From Eledone cirrhosa (taxonomy: Eukaryota): 64,000 bases of DNA. Where the stretch lies: contig OZ024740.1 in the NCBI GenBank assembly GCA_964016885.1, forward strand, positions 213,280,001 through 213,344,000, written 5' to 3'. The notes under the pieces were generated by a model. That model worked only from the letters and a program-made list of their open reading frames with translations. It had not been told where the DNA came from and made no database searches. This document shows positions 40,874-54,132 of the stretch, one piece after another (position 1 is the stretch's first letter; each line of letters starts with the position of its first letter). A program made the translations under genes and the position numbers.

Positions 40874-41121
40874 CGCACAATATTTTGATGGTCAAAATTT
40901 TCCATTCGGCGTAAGGCTGCAATTTCTCTTATTGCACTAGTTGGAACACCTTCTTTAGAATGTGGTAAAGGGATTTGTTTCATAGCCACATACTGCCCAC
41001 TGTTACGGTCGCGTGCTTTATACACAGTTCCATAAGCACCACGACCAATCTCAGAAACTTTATCAAAATTCCTTGAGGATTCTTGCTTGTTGTTCATCAC
41101 AAAGCCCCATGCAGTAGCCAT
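40874..41121 (-). CDS. CDK4/6: Cyclin-dependent kinase 4/6-like, first coding exon (exon 40874-41161)
   Basis: MATAWGFVMNNKQESSRNFDKVSEIGRGAYGTVYKARDRNSGQYVAMKQIPLPHSKEGVPTSAIREIAALRRMENFDHQNIVR: GxGAYG loop, VAxK, PTSAIRE helix and E.F.H.N.VR typical of CDK4/6; acceptor TGTTTTAG at 41162; donor CG|GTAAAT at a phase-2 site like that of vertebrate CDK4/6. Confidence 0.9.
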
Positions 41122-41377
41122 ATTAGGACAAGGTGACAAGCTCAGTAAAAACCTCAGCCTCCTAAAACAGATTTAAATTTAAAGAAATATAATTATTTAC
41201 CAAATTACAGACTTTACAGATTACTATTATAAACAGAAATTCTTTTTACAAATAAAAACAAAAAATATTAGATTTTTTAAACAAGAATTTTAGACAAGAA
41301 ATTATTGAAGACACACTAATGATATTTGAACCACATATTTATTACTTGTCATTTGCAGACAGCAAAGAGAATCTTAG

Positions 41378-41700
41378 AAGGTTCTATATTATTGGTAGAA
41401 TAGTCCATCCTGTTAATACAAAGTGGGGTACCATAGTAGGTTCTATGTTATTGGTAGAATAGCCAGTCCTGTTAGTACTAAGTGTGTGTGTGTGGGGGGG
41501 GGGGTTATGTTATTGGTAGAATAGTCCATCCTGTTAGTACAAAGTGGGGTACCTTAGTAGGTTCTATGTTATTGACAGAATAGCCAGTCCTGTTAGTACT
41601 AAGTGGGGGGGGGATCTACATTATTAATAGAATAGCCAGTCTTGTTAGTACAAAGTGGGTGGTCTACATTATTAGTAGACTAGTCAATCTTGTTAGTACT
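41378..41700. repeat. Degenerate ~50-65-bp tandem repeat, about 6 units
   Basis: TTATTGGTAGAATAG(T/C)C...CCTGTTAGTAC(A/T)AAGTGGG recurs. Confidence 0.8.
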
Positions 41701-41864
41701 ATGTCACTAATTAATTATCTTGTTAAGATAAAATAACTGTTTCTACTTTAGGCACAAGGCCAGCAATTACCCAGTGCATTACTGCTACTTGTTAAGATAA
41801 AATAACATAATTAAATAGCAGAAACAAAGTAGGGTAGCTAATTTGAGATAGAATGGCAAACACT

Positions 41865-44800
41865 GTAGAGTCACATCAGAGAGATATGTGGTATAGGGTC
41901 ACATCAGAGAGATATGTGGGTGAGTCACATCAGAGAGATATGTGGTATAGTCACATCAGAGAGATATGTGGTAGAGTCACATCAGAGAGATATGTGGTAG
42001 AGTCACATCAGAGAGATATGTGGTAGAGTCACATCAGAGAGATATGTGGTAGAGTCACATCAGAGAGATATGTGATATAGTCACATCAGAGAGATATGTG
42101 GTAGAGTCACATCAGAGAGATATGTGGTAGAGTCACATCAGAGAGATATGTGGTAGAGTCACATCAGACAGATATGTGGTAGAGTCACATCAGAGAGATA
42201 TGTGGTAGAGTCACATCAGAGAGATATGTGGGTGAGTCACATCAGAGAGATATGTGGTAGAGTCACATCAGAGAGATATGTGGTAGAGTCACATCAGAGA
42301 GATATGTGGTATAGTCACATCAGAGAGATATGTGGTAGAGTCACATCAGAGAGATATGTGGTAGAGTCACATCAGAGAGATATGTGGTAGAGTCACATCA
42401 GAGAGATATGTGGTATAGTCACATCAGAGAGATATGTGGTAGAGTCACATCAGAGAGATATGTGGGTGAGTCACATCAGAGAGATATGTGATATAGTCAC
42501 ATCAGAGAGATATGTGGTAGAGTCACATCAGATAGATATGTGGTAGAGTCACATCAGAGAGATATGCGGTAGAGTCACATCAGAGAGATATGTGGGTGAG
42601 TCACATCAGAGAGATATGTGATATAGTCACATCAGAGAGATATGTGATAGAGTCACATCAGAGAGATATGTGGTATAGTCACATCAGAGAGATATGTGGT
42701 AGAGTCACATCAGAGAGATATGTGATATAGTCACATCAGAGAGATATGTGGTAGAGTCACATCAGAGAGATATGTGGTATAGTCACATCAGAGAGATATG
42801 TGGTAAAGTCACATCAGAGAGATATGTGGGTGAGTCACATCAGAGAGATATGTGATATAGTCACATCAGAGAGATATGTGGTAGAGTCACATCAGAGAGA
42901 TATGATATAGTCACATCAGAGAGATATGTGATATAGTCACATCAGAGAGATATGTGGTAGAGTCACATCAGAGAGATATGTGGTAGAGTCACATCAGAGA
43001 GATATGTGGTAGAGTCACATCAGAGAGATATGTGGTATAGTCACATCAGAGAGATATGTGGTAGAGTCACATCAGAGAGATATGTGGGTGAGTCACATCA
43101 GAGAGATATGTAGTAGAGTCACATCAGAGAGATATGTGGTAGAGTCACATCAGAGAGATATGTGGTATAGTCACATCAGAGAGATATGTGGTATAGTCAC
43201 ATCAGAGAGATATGTGGTAGAGTCACATCAGAGAGATATGTGGTAGAGTCACATCAGAGAGATATGTGGTAGAGTCACATCAGAGAGATATGTGGTATAG
43301 TCACATCAGAGAGATATGTGGTAGAGTCACATCAGAGAGATATGTGGGTGAGTCACATCAGAGAGATATGTGGGTGAGTCACATCAGAGAGATATGTGAT
43401 ATAGTCACATCAGAGAGATATGTGGTAGAGTCACATCAGAGAGATATGTGGTAGAGTCACATCAGAGAGATATGTGGTAGAGTCACATCAGAGAGATATG
43501 TGGGTGAGTCACATCAGAGAGATATGTGATATAGTCACATCAGAGAGATATGTGATAGAGTCACATCAGAGAGATATGTGGTATAGTCACATCAGAGAGA
43601 TATGTGGTAGAGTCACATCAGAGAGATATGTGGGTGAGTCACATCAGAGAGATATGTGATATAGTCACATCAGAGAGATATGTGATATAGTCACATCAGA
43701 GAGATATGTGGTAGAGTCACATCAGAGAGATATGTGATATAGTCACATCAGAGAGATATGTGGTAGAGTCACATCAGAGAGATATGTGGTAGAGTCACAT
43801 CAGAGAGATATGTGGTAGAGTCGCATCAGAGAGATATGTGGTAGAGTCACATCAGAGAGATATGTGGTAGAGTCACATCAGAGAGATATGTGGTAGAGTC
43901 ACATCAGAGAGATATGTGGTAGAGTCACATCAGAGAGATATATGGTAGAGTCACATCAGAGAGATATGTGATAGAGTCACATCAGAGAGATATGTGGTAG
44001 AGTCACATCAGAGAGATATGTGGTAGAGTCACATCAGAGAGATATGTGGTAGAGTCACATCAGAGAGATATGTGGTAGAGTCACATCAGAGAGATATGTG
44101 ATATAGTCACATCAGAGAGATATGTGATATAGTCGCATCAGAGAGATATGTGGTATAGTCACATCAGAGAGATATGTGATATAGTCACATCAGAGAGATA
44201 TGTGATATAGTCACATCAGAGAGATATGTGGTATAGTCACATCAGAGAGATATGTGGTAGAGTCACATCAGAGAGTTATGTGGGTGAGTCACATCAGAGA
44301 GATATGTGGTAGAGTCACATCAGAGAGATATGTGGTATAGTCACATCAGAGAGATATGTGGTAGAGTCACATCAGAGAGATATGTGGTAGAGTCACATCA
44401 GAGAGATATGCGGTAGAGTCACATCAGAGAGATATGTGGGTGAGTCACATCAGAGAGATATGTGATATAGTCACATCAGAGAGATATGTGGTAGAGTCAC
44501 ATCAGAGAGATATGTGATATAGTCACATCAGAGAGATATGTGATATAGTCACATCAGAGAGATATGTGGTATAGTCACATCAGAGAGATATGTGGTATAG
44601 TCACATCAGAGAGATATGTGGTAGAGTCACATCAGAGAGATATGTGGTAGAGTCACATCAGAGAGATATGTGGTAGAGTCACATCAGAGAGATATGTGAT
44701 ATAGTCACATCAGAGAGATATGTGGTAGAGTCACATCAGAGAGATATGTGGTAGAGTCACATCAGAGAGATATGTGGTAGAGTCACATCAGAGAGATATG

Positions 44801-44950
44801 TGGTATAGTCACATCAGAGAGATATGTGGTAGAGTCACATCAGAGAGATATGTGGTAGAGTCACATCAGAGAGATATGTGATATAGTCACATCAGAGAGA
44901 TATGTGGTATAGTCACATCAGTAATAGTCATAGTAGATATGTGGTATAGA
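41865..44950. repeat. 26-bp minisatellite, about 118 copies
   Basis: Unit GTAGAGTCACATCAGAGAGATATGTG; variants GTAT, ATAT and GGTG in the first four bases. Confidence 0.97.
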
Positions 44951-45699
44951 ATCGCATCAGCAAGATATGGTGCTTTGATGTCTCTTATAATGTTTTTTTG
45001 TATATAAAATGTCTAATATCAGATAAAATCTGAGCAATTAATTCAACAAGTGATCTTTGTGTGTTGTTTATAAATAACTAGATGTCTAAAAAGAACACTG
45101 CTAGATAAGAACCAAACTATTGATTTCTTAGATAAGCACAAAGCCTTAATGATCATTGCGACCTTGGTCGAGCATTCCTCACTAAGTATCTCTAAAATTC
45201 ACGATTTTGCATTGCTCCTGGCAACTGCTCCTTACTGAGGTTTGATCAATGAATGTTCAAGCAGGTCTTCCTCTACTGCATCTCCCATCAGTTGCTTCCC
45301 ACAATAATAGCTAGTTGTCCCACATTGTGTCTCCTGGTTCCTACAATAGTAGCTTGTTATGTCTCCTGGTTCCCAGAATAGTAGCTTGTTGTGTCTCCCA
45401 TGAGTTAGTTCCCACAAGAGTAGCTCAAAAGGATTGAAAGGACAGTGTGTAATAGTTACACATTTCACAGGTGAAGGGAAAGGGTGTCATTCATGTTGCT
45501 ATTGACAGTAGGGTGTATTTTGAGGGATGATATTTCTAGCATGTCAGGCAACCATGTAGAGACTCCCTCATGGGGCTTTTGCCAATCATGTATTGAAACC
45601 AAGTGACTGTTCTGGTTTAACCACAAAGTTTGCAAAGACCTATGATCAAAGGCATTTCCGCCATAACCATCCAGTCTTTTTAGATAGAACACTTCTTTG

Positions 45700-46110
45700 G
45701 TGCAGCAGTATTCTCTTCAATTACTACATGGGAAAAGGTGAGGCTCCAAGAAGAAGCAACTATAGAGGAATAAAACTAACGGATCAAGTTATGAAAGTAA
45801 CAGGAAGAGTTATAATGCAGCTAATTAGAGAAAGAGTCAAATTAGATGAGATGCAGTTAGGTTTTGAACCTGGGAGAAGTACTACAGATGCACTCTTGTT
45901 CGTGAGACAAATACAAGAAATTCCTAATCAAGAATAAACTGCTATATTTAGCTTTTGTTGATCTGGAAATGGCTTTGACAGAGTACCCTGATTTATTATC
46001 TGATGGTCCTTAAGAAAATTAGATGTAGAAGAATGGCTTGTGAGGGCAGTCCAAGACATGTACAGAGGAGCTCTCTGTAAAGTGAGATAAGAAAGAAGTT
46101 TAGTGAGGAA
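45700..46110 (+). mobile_element. Degenerate RTE RT fragment
   Basis: GKGEAPRRSNYRGIKLTDQVMKVTGRVIMQLIRERVKLDEMQLGFEPGRSTTDALLFVRQ. Confidence 0.88.
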
Positions 46111-46294
46111 TTCAAGGTCACTAGGAGTAGACAGAGAGTAGAGAAAAGAATGTGATATGTCCAAAAGCTAAATATAACGGCTAAGAAGAGGACATCAGTG
46201 GTTCTCCTTACACTACCATGTCACTTATTGGTACCTTGCTCCAATCAATCTCATCAGTATCTCACAAGTTGTCACATACTAACTTCCAATTATC

Positions 46295-46635
46295 TTTTAT
46301 GCCATAGGTATCTACCCCCCCCCTATATGTCACAGGTTTCTAACCCCCCCTCCTATGTCACAGGTTTCTATCCCCTCTTCCTAAATGTCATAGGTATCTA
46401 TCCCCCCCCCCTCTTATGTCATAGGTATCTGCACCCTGCTTCCTATATGTCATATGTATCTGCACCCCCTTCCTATATGTCAGGTATTTATCCCTCTTCC
46501 TAAATGTCATAGGTATCTACCCCCCACTTCTTATGTCAGGTATCTACCCCCCCCCCCACACACACACACACTTTTCTATTTCATAGGTATCTATCCCCCC
46601 ACTTCTTATGTCATAGGTATCTACCCCCTCATAGG
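46295..46635. repeat. Degenerate ~30-bp tandem repeat
   Basis: ATGTCA(T/C)AGGTATCTA-polyC recurs about 10 times. Confidence 0.75.
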
Positions 46636-46719
46636 TGTCACTTTTCTCAAACAAAAGTTTGACTTGTCAGTTGTGCCAAGGCCGCAACAACCTCCCCAAT
46701 GCTAATCCCATGGTAAAAT

Positions 46720-47060
46720 GCACCAAGTACACTCTGTACAGTAATTGGGGTTAGTAGGAAGGGTATCCAGCCTTAGAAATCATGCCAAACAAAGAACTGA
46801 GAGGATAGTTCAGATGTGCCAAGGACACAACCTCCCTAGTGTTGGTGCTATGATAAAAGGCACCTAGTACATGATATAAAGTAGTTGGTGATAGGAAGAG
46901 CATCCAGCTGTAAAAACCATGCCAAAACTGTGTGTCAGCAAGACATGGCCTCTCCAACCTGTCTTTCAGGATAGTACCTTCGATTAACTACTGACTTAGT
47001 TTATGATGACTCATCTAACCCATGCCAGCATGGAAGAAGACATTAAATGGTAATGATGAG
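46720..47060 (+). mobile_element. Old SINE with two AGGAAGGGCATCCAGC domains and an RTE tail
   Basis: AGGAAGGGTATCCAGCC, AGGAAGAGCATCCAGCTGTAAAA, CCCATGCCAGCATGGAA..CATTAAATG. Confidence 0.55.
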
Positions 47061-47680
47061 TAGAAGGAGGATGTTTAACAGAAACTGAACCTATATTCAA
47101 AGTAAACAGAGATCTTGATGCTAAGGGGTTAGACATGTGAAGCACTGTACCTTACTTAACAATGGTTGGCATCAGGAAGAGCATCTACACAGAATTAAAA
47201 AGCCCTTTAAAAAGAAGCAGGATACAGACCCCTCTGCCAGTCTGGGAAGTCAGTAACCCCACTTCAATACTGACTTGGTATATTTACACCCATCCAACCC
47301 TTGCTAGTAGGGAAAGCAGACATTAAATGATGATGATGATATTATATATATATATATATTCTTATCAATTGACAAGATCCAACCTCATTCACTTAGGAGT
47401 TGGGTGGAACTCACCAAATCAGACCGAGGAAACAAGGTTTACATTAGTATTTTCATTGCTGATACTATCTACCGCAGAGTACCAGTTACAACTCCTGACA
47501 GAAAAAGCAACGTGAAATAAAATGTCTTGCTCAAGGACATAATGCCTCACCTGGTCCAGGAATCGAACTCACAACCTTTTGATAACATCTAAATTTGACT
47601 GTTAACAAATTGTAATCAACAGACTTCTCATCATTAATTAACAGCCATGTTCCACGTTAGCATGGGTAGGAATAATTAGA

Positions 47681-47727
47681 GATGCTTACAGCACCTAGGT
47701 TTCCCAAGCAGTCACCCATCTAAATAC
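47681..47727 (-). pseudogene. 5S rRNA 3' fragment
   Basis: Minus strand GTATTTAGATGGGTGACTGCTTGGGAAACCTAGGTGCTGTAAGCATC resembles the metazoan 5S 3' half (GTACTTGGATGGGAGACCGCCTGGGAATACCGGGTGCTGTAGGCT). Confidence 0.7.
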
Positions 47728-47974
47728 CCCTACTTATATATTAGCCACACAAGGTGACCATTTGGCTCCAAGAATCTATGTCCTACCAATTTACCAAAAT
47801 AGCAGTGGCATGACGGTTGGTGTGTTCCATGAAAATGTCATTGCAGTAAGTCTTTTTTTTAGGATTACACAGACTTTCCTGCCAAATCAGTAGTATTCCA
47901 AAATTCTTGATAATCAACAGAATAATGAAGCAGATATTTGCCTCAACGAATATTCTGTCAGTTCTGGAGCTAGT

Positions 47975-48410
47975 TATTATCATCATCGTTTTTATGTCAA
48001 TTTTTCTATGCTTGCAGATTGGAAGGGTCCTTTTCAGAACAGTATCTCTCCTCTCGCCACATTTCTTCGTCATCTCCACTGTGAGTCTCAGCAATTTAAG
48101 ATCAGCTCTCAACACCTCTGCTCAGGTCTTCTTTGGTCTACCTCTACAGTGGCTTCCATCCACTGGTATTTCTTCACCCAGCAATCATCATCTATGCACA
48201 TCACATGTCCATATCAACACAGTCTTCTCTCCTGCACTCCACCTCAGATTCTGCTTAAACCCAGTTTGTCCCTCAGTTCATTCAAGTTCTGTCTTTCTCT
48301 CACATTTACATTGTACATCATTTCTCTCTAGTCTATGCATGTCCTTTGCAATCACTGCCCATGTTTCACTACCATGCAGAATCACACATCGCACACAGAT
48401 GATGTCATAC
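47975..48410 (-). mobile_element. Old RTE 3' fragment
   Basis: LRADLKLLRLTVEMTKKCGERRDTVLKRT; diverged homologue of 6190-6650. Confidence 0.82.
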
Positions 48411-50979
48411 TAATAGCAAAAGACCAGATACTAAGGGAACACTGTCTACTCTGAGATAACACTCATGTGGATCCTTTTGCTGCGAGTCATGTCCTTAATA
48501 GTGCTGTTATTATGGACTTTACAGCTTCATCGTCAGAATAACTTAAGATTTCTAAATTTTAATCAATGTTTAAAATTTTAATATCAATGTTAACAAACAA
48601 CTATATTTTTCAACTAACTGCTGTTTGGGTTCTTTTAACAATCGATTTTCATCTTGATTTTGTTTTAAAATTTATCGAGTGATGTACGAGAAGGCACATG
48701 GCTCCCTAAAAGAATCTCACCATTGTACGAGATAATACTACCAGCGTCCTCTCGTCTCTCTTAATCTTTCTTCGTGTGAACTACTTTTACTACTGTAACC
48801 AACTGGATGCAAGACATTGTGAGTAATTCAACTAATTAATGTCGATAAACTACTATATTTATACTTAATCTAGAACCCTGTGGTTCGACTAATTTTATCT
48901 ACTTAGGACGGATGAAAGCAATCAGATTTGAGTCAAAATGTAACCAAATATCGCAAGACAATTGTTTTGTTCGGCTTTTTATCGATTCTAACATCCACTG
49001 GCTTTTGCCGTTCCAATGCTACTGATTCCTAACATTGGCACAAGGCCACAATTTTTAGTGATGGGTATAGCCGATTAAATCGACCCTGATAAGTTATTTC
49101 ATCGATCCTGAGAGGAACGGCAAAAACAGATTTAAAACGTAACAGATTTCATTCAGCGACAATACTTCGAGATTTGCCATAAATAGATTTGAGAGGGCTT
49201 GAATTCTTTTATAAGACGATTAGACATAAGTGTCTTCAGTAAGAAACACAAATGTTTATTTTATTCCCCAGAATTACAAAAGGCTGAATATATGAAGCTG
49301 TACTCTTCACGTAGTTTCAAAGACTGGGGTTTAGATCCATTCAAGTAAATATCACCGCAATACACATCCGACAACATTATCTTAACAAGGCACAAGACCT
49401 CACTAGAGTAGGGAATGAAAAATGAAATTGTATTCATGCTTGTCCCAAGCGCACTCGAAATTTAATTGACGATAAATTATTCCAATCGAGATGCGAAACC
49501 AGGTCGCGGACTCTTACGATGGTTACTCATTATTACTATGTCTAATATATTTATGAATCGGATGTTGTGATGTTATTGAGTTTTATCATGCATAAAGAAG
49601 ACCTAAATATATATCAACATTTGTCACTTGAACTTAAGTCAGAAAATTATTATAATACATTTTTTAAAGAAATTGTTCATCAGTAAAAGAAAAGAATTGA
49701 TATTTTTCGTTTGTTTTGTTTTGGTTAAACCATGCTATTTCCAATAATAATTACTCGAAATGAGTATCGTCTCAAATTAGAATATCTAAAGAAAAAAACA
49801 ATTCAATTGTAAAAATAAAAACAAAAAGAAATCTGTTCAATGAAGTGAAAATCAATGAAGAAACCTGTATTAAGAGGTGTCAGATAAGGAGAGATGTTAA
49901 TAAAGTGAATTAAATGGGTAAAGAGAGTGAACGAGATGTTTTTGATGAATAGAACAAGCAAAAGGAAGATGAGGTCTTGAAAGATGTCCTGTTATAGTTT
50001 AATAGTTAATGAATTTAGAACAACTAGTGACCTATCAGACAGGCCACCCATGTTTAGCAAGAGAGAAGGGAGGAGAAGAACCACGGCGACAATAGTGAGA
50101 ACTAGGCGATTAGATATTAATAATAATAGTTATTTCTATTACTAATACTATATCATAGTGAAAACATATATTATTTTATTAAATTTCATCTAAAAAGAAA
50201 TAAAAATGAAAATGTGTTCTTATAAAGACTATTTTTAAAAGAAGTTTATAAGAAAGTTAACAGCTAAATTTCATAAGAGATTATAGTAAAAAGAAAAAAG
50301 ATATTATGGGAAAGTTTTTAGGAAGAAAAAAGTTGTATATAAGATTTATATTACGAATACAAATATTAGTCATCCACTATAATGTTTAAAATAATAGTAG
50401 AAATACTATTAAATTAGAGACAGACGAAATGACAAGAATGTATTTATTTTAGAATTCCCCCCCTTCCTCCTCAGTTATTCAGTTCATGGTTTTCTACCGC
50501 ATGCTACAAAATAAAAGTGCTTTCAAAGTTACGATTTCACAACCAGATCCGCATAATTAGATTTTTATTCTAAAAAATAACAAAATTTCTAATTGAAAAA
50601 AAAATTGAAGACCAATAAAATTCATGTCAAAAAATACAGAGATATATATTAAAAGTTGAAAAAGTTTGCTGTTTGCTTTGTCCTAGGCTGATCTTAAGTG
50701 AAAGAGAAGCACGCTTGTCACATGTATTATTAAAGAAATAGATCGGAGGAACTTAAAGATATTTATTGACAACAATCAACCATGTCTTACAATAGTGACT
50801 AGTGGTCAATTGTAAATATAAACATACTGGAAGTTTTTCAACGAGAAAAAAATATTTCAAAAAAAAAACCACTGACTCAGAGCTTGTCTCTAGAGATGAA
50901 TGGGAAGTAGAAAATAGAGAAATGTAGTCGAAAGAAATGTAATATATAAGTAAATTATAGAAATATCGCTACCCCTTAC

Positions 50980-51150
50980 CTGTTAGATGACTTTTAAACA
51001 ACATTAGCTGTATTCGTACAATTTTTTTACCATGATCATTTTTTCGAAAATATTATTTCTGAATTTTTTTCCTCAACTTTTTCGAAACGATTATTGAAAT
51101 GAGACAGGAAACGAGGGCAGCGACTTGCCTGCTTTTCATTGGTTGAATTA
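50980..51150 (-). promoter_or_regulatory. Candidate CDK4/6 non-coding exon 1 and promoter
   Basis: Strong minus-strand donor CAG|GTAAGG at 50980/50979; locally CpG-containing non-repetitive DNA; CCAAT box (ATTGG at 51138-51142); the coding exon has an acceptor and so needs an upstream exon. Confidence 0.4.
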
Positions 51151-52115
51151 GAGAAATGTATCTCCACATTATCAGCTGGCCCTCAGATTCCATGAGGGAG
51201 GGATAGAACAGACACATGCTTTCAAATAAAACCCTTTCTATTATTTATTGATCATGCTAGCAAAGAGAAAATCAACCCTCGCCCCACCCTGCCAATTGAT
51301 TGATTTATCAAAATAATACTGATGTTAAATAAGATATCTTAAAAGTTATGTTTGTTTAAAGGACACAAAGAAAGGGTTTGTTAATATGTTGAAATGCACA
51401 GGAAGTGTATATGACTAAGTCATACTTATCTTTAATCTTTCATATCTATCAGAGCTGTTTTCATTCATTTCAGTGCTGTATTTTATACGTAAGGTCATAC
51501 GGTAAGGAAAGAGTACCAAAAACTTAAAATCTAAAGCGAAGGAATTTCAAAACTTCATTTCGAGAAACTAGTTGAGCATACAGTTTTTTTTAATAAAGTA
51601 GACTTTTAAAAGGGGGCATTGAATTAAGCTTATGTATTAAGACAACCAGAGTACACACACATATATATATATATATCGTCCCCCTCGTTCGACAAGTTAA
51701 CATTTAGAACAAGATTTACTGGCAGTCACGTGTCTTTATGTTAAATACATTTCACAATGTATTCAGTACATCTTCCGTATAGAAGTATATATATATATGT
51801 ATATAAAGAGATAGAGATACATATGTATAGAGAGAAAGATATATATATATATATTGATAGCGAGACGAAGCTTCGAAGCCACTGTCCGGTTTTTCTTTGA
51901 GGGATAAACCTACATAAATGTGTGTGTGTGTGTGTATCACATTCATACAAGTATACAAATGTTTGAAATGCACTCAAATGTTCTTTCTTTCCCTTTCTCT
52001 ATCTATTTCGCCTGGCCTTTCTTTTCGTCTCGGTAGCACATGCGGTCTTTCAGCACACACGCAAATATACGTATGTATTAGAGATACAAAAGTGCACATG
52101 TGGTATATAGCATTA

Positions 52116-52185
<70 letters not shown>

Positions 52186-52481
52186 GTGTGTGTGTGTGTG
52201 TTTTATATAAATGTAAGAGTGTATACATGATATAGATAAATATGAGAGTATATATGATATATATAATATATACTCAGTATATATGATATATATACTCACA
52301 TTTATATATATATAAAGGGTAAAGAAAAGGAGAGTGCTCTATGTAAGCTACAGAGCTATTTAGTTATTAACTATATATATATATATATATATGGATTCAG
52401 TTTGAAACTGGTTAGACCATTACTCAACAAAGTACTCTATACTAGGGATAGTAAAGTATGATTATAGTGTAAAGAGTCGGG

Positions 52482-52576
52482 ACCCGACGGCTGAGCTATT
52501 GCCGTTTCAACAGCTAGTTTCAGATATCCAGAGTCTGGAACTAGCTGTTGAAACGGCAAGAGCTCAGCCGTCGGGT
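52482..52576. repeat. ~95-nt near-perfect hairpin
   Basis: ACCCGACGGCTGAGCTATTGCCGTTTCAACAGCTAGTTTCAGA ... TCTGGAACTAGCTGTTGAAACGGCAAGAGCTCAGCCGTCGGGT. Confidence 0.9.
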
Positions 52577-52592
52577 GTGTCCCATATACATT

Positions 52593-52634
<42 letters not shown>

Positions 52635-52929
52635 TGTACATACCAATATACACACATGTACACATCTCTATGCACACACATACAGTACATAGCCAAGAAG
52701 ATACACGTTAATACATTTATATATACTTATATAGTTCGTTGTAGTGCTAAGAATGGAGACTATTGTGTATAGTTAAATTCGCTGGCACATGCTAAAAAAC
52801 ATGACAGTTAGATTGTTTATAATATATCTATAAGGCTTGTGCTTTCGCCACTTCAGTCATCAAGATATTATGACTTTACTCCACACAGGTATACGTGTTC
52901 AAATATATATATATGTGTGTGTGTGTGTG

Positions 52930-53073
52930 TAATAAACAACACAATATAATTATTCCATCACCCAAGGTTTCACGAAGTCAAACGATTCTAAGAGAGGCGT
53001 CTTGGATTCCGACGCCTCTGTTTGACTTCGTGAAACCTGGGGTAATGGAATAATAATATTGTGTTGTTTATTA
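52930..53073. repeat. ~145-nt palindrome
   Basis: TAATAAACAACACAATAT..GGTTTCACGAAGTCAAAC..AGAGGCGTC / GACGCCTCT.GTTTGACTTCGTGAAACC..ATATTGTGTTGTTTATTA. Confidence 0.88.
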
Positions 53074-53168
53074 CATAATTAAATAGCTCCGTGCTATACG
53101 TAGAGCACTCTTCTTTCCTTTACCTTTTCCACGGAAATACTTAACAATATATATAGATAGATAGATAG

Positions 53169-53757
53169 ATTTTCTTTTGGTCGTTTTGGAAGCCTCAACA
53201 ATGCAGATGGATAATTCTCCGGGTAACAGGATCCGGTGGTGAAGAGAGAGATGTAAGTGAATGTAGAATGAGATGTATAGTGTGTAGAAGAACGTAGGAA
53301 AGAGCGTAAAAAATAAAAATAATAACACGAGATAGAGTTACCTTGGGAGAGGTTTAATTGTCCCTATATTTCGGATTCACATCCATCAACTGGGGGTTTT
53401 CCGGGGGGGGGTATCTGTCGGAGAGGAGCGATACGTGTCCTCTGCTGTTCGTTGTTTGAATATTGTTTTGATATTCAAAACAACGAACAGCAGAGGACAC
53501 GTATCGCTCCTCTGCGGCAGATACCCCCCCCTCCAGTTGATGGATGTGAATCCGAAATATAGGGACAAATAAATCTCTCCCAAGGCAACTCTATCTCGTG
53601 TTATTATTTTTATTTTTTACGCTCTTTCCTACGTTCTTCTACACACTATACATCTCATTCTACATTCACTTACATCTCTCTCTTCACCACCGGATCTTGT
53701 TACCCGGAGAATTACCCATCTGCATTGTTGAGGCTTCCAAAACGACCAAAAGAAAAT
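53169..53757. repeat. ~590-bp palindrome (arms about 290 bp)
   Basis: Arms near-identical (mirror ORFs MLLFLFFTLFPTFF... on both strands); centre TTGAATAT-TGTTTTG-ATATTCAA. Confidence 0.93.
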
Positions 53758-53801
53758 ATATCTTATTATTCCACAATGCTTCAAGCAAACTTCAATACTC
53801 T

Positions 53802-53886
<85 letters not shown>

Positions 53887-54132
53887 TTTGCAAGGTTTTT
53901 TTATATGAAATTGTGTGTGTTGAAACAAATATTGTTATATTTGGCGAGGGTCATATTGTTATAATATTGCCAGAAATAATAATAAAACACACTCACTGTT
54001 TGGTTTGGATTAGTTTTCGCTTCTGTGTCTTTTATATCTCCATAGTTAATTTATCTGGCAATCAATGTTTATCATTGATTGACCAACGGTTAAAAATACA
54101 GATACAAATATATATATATATATATATATATC

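Noticed and set aside
41865-44950. CRISPR-like regular arrays (also 1-2691, 17527-18271, 38598-39520)
   Set aside because: Head-to-tail tandem units without unique spacers, no cas genes, eukaryotic context.
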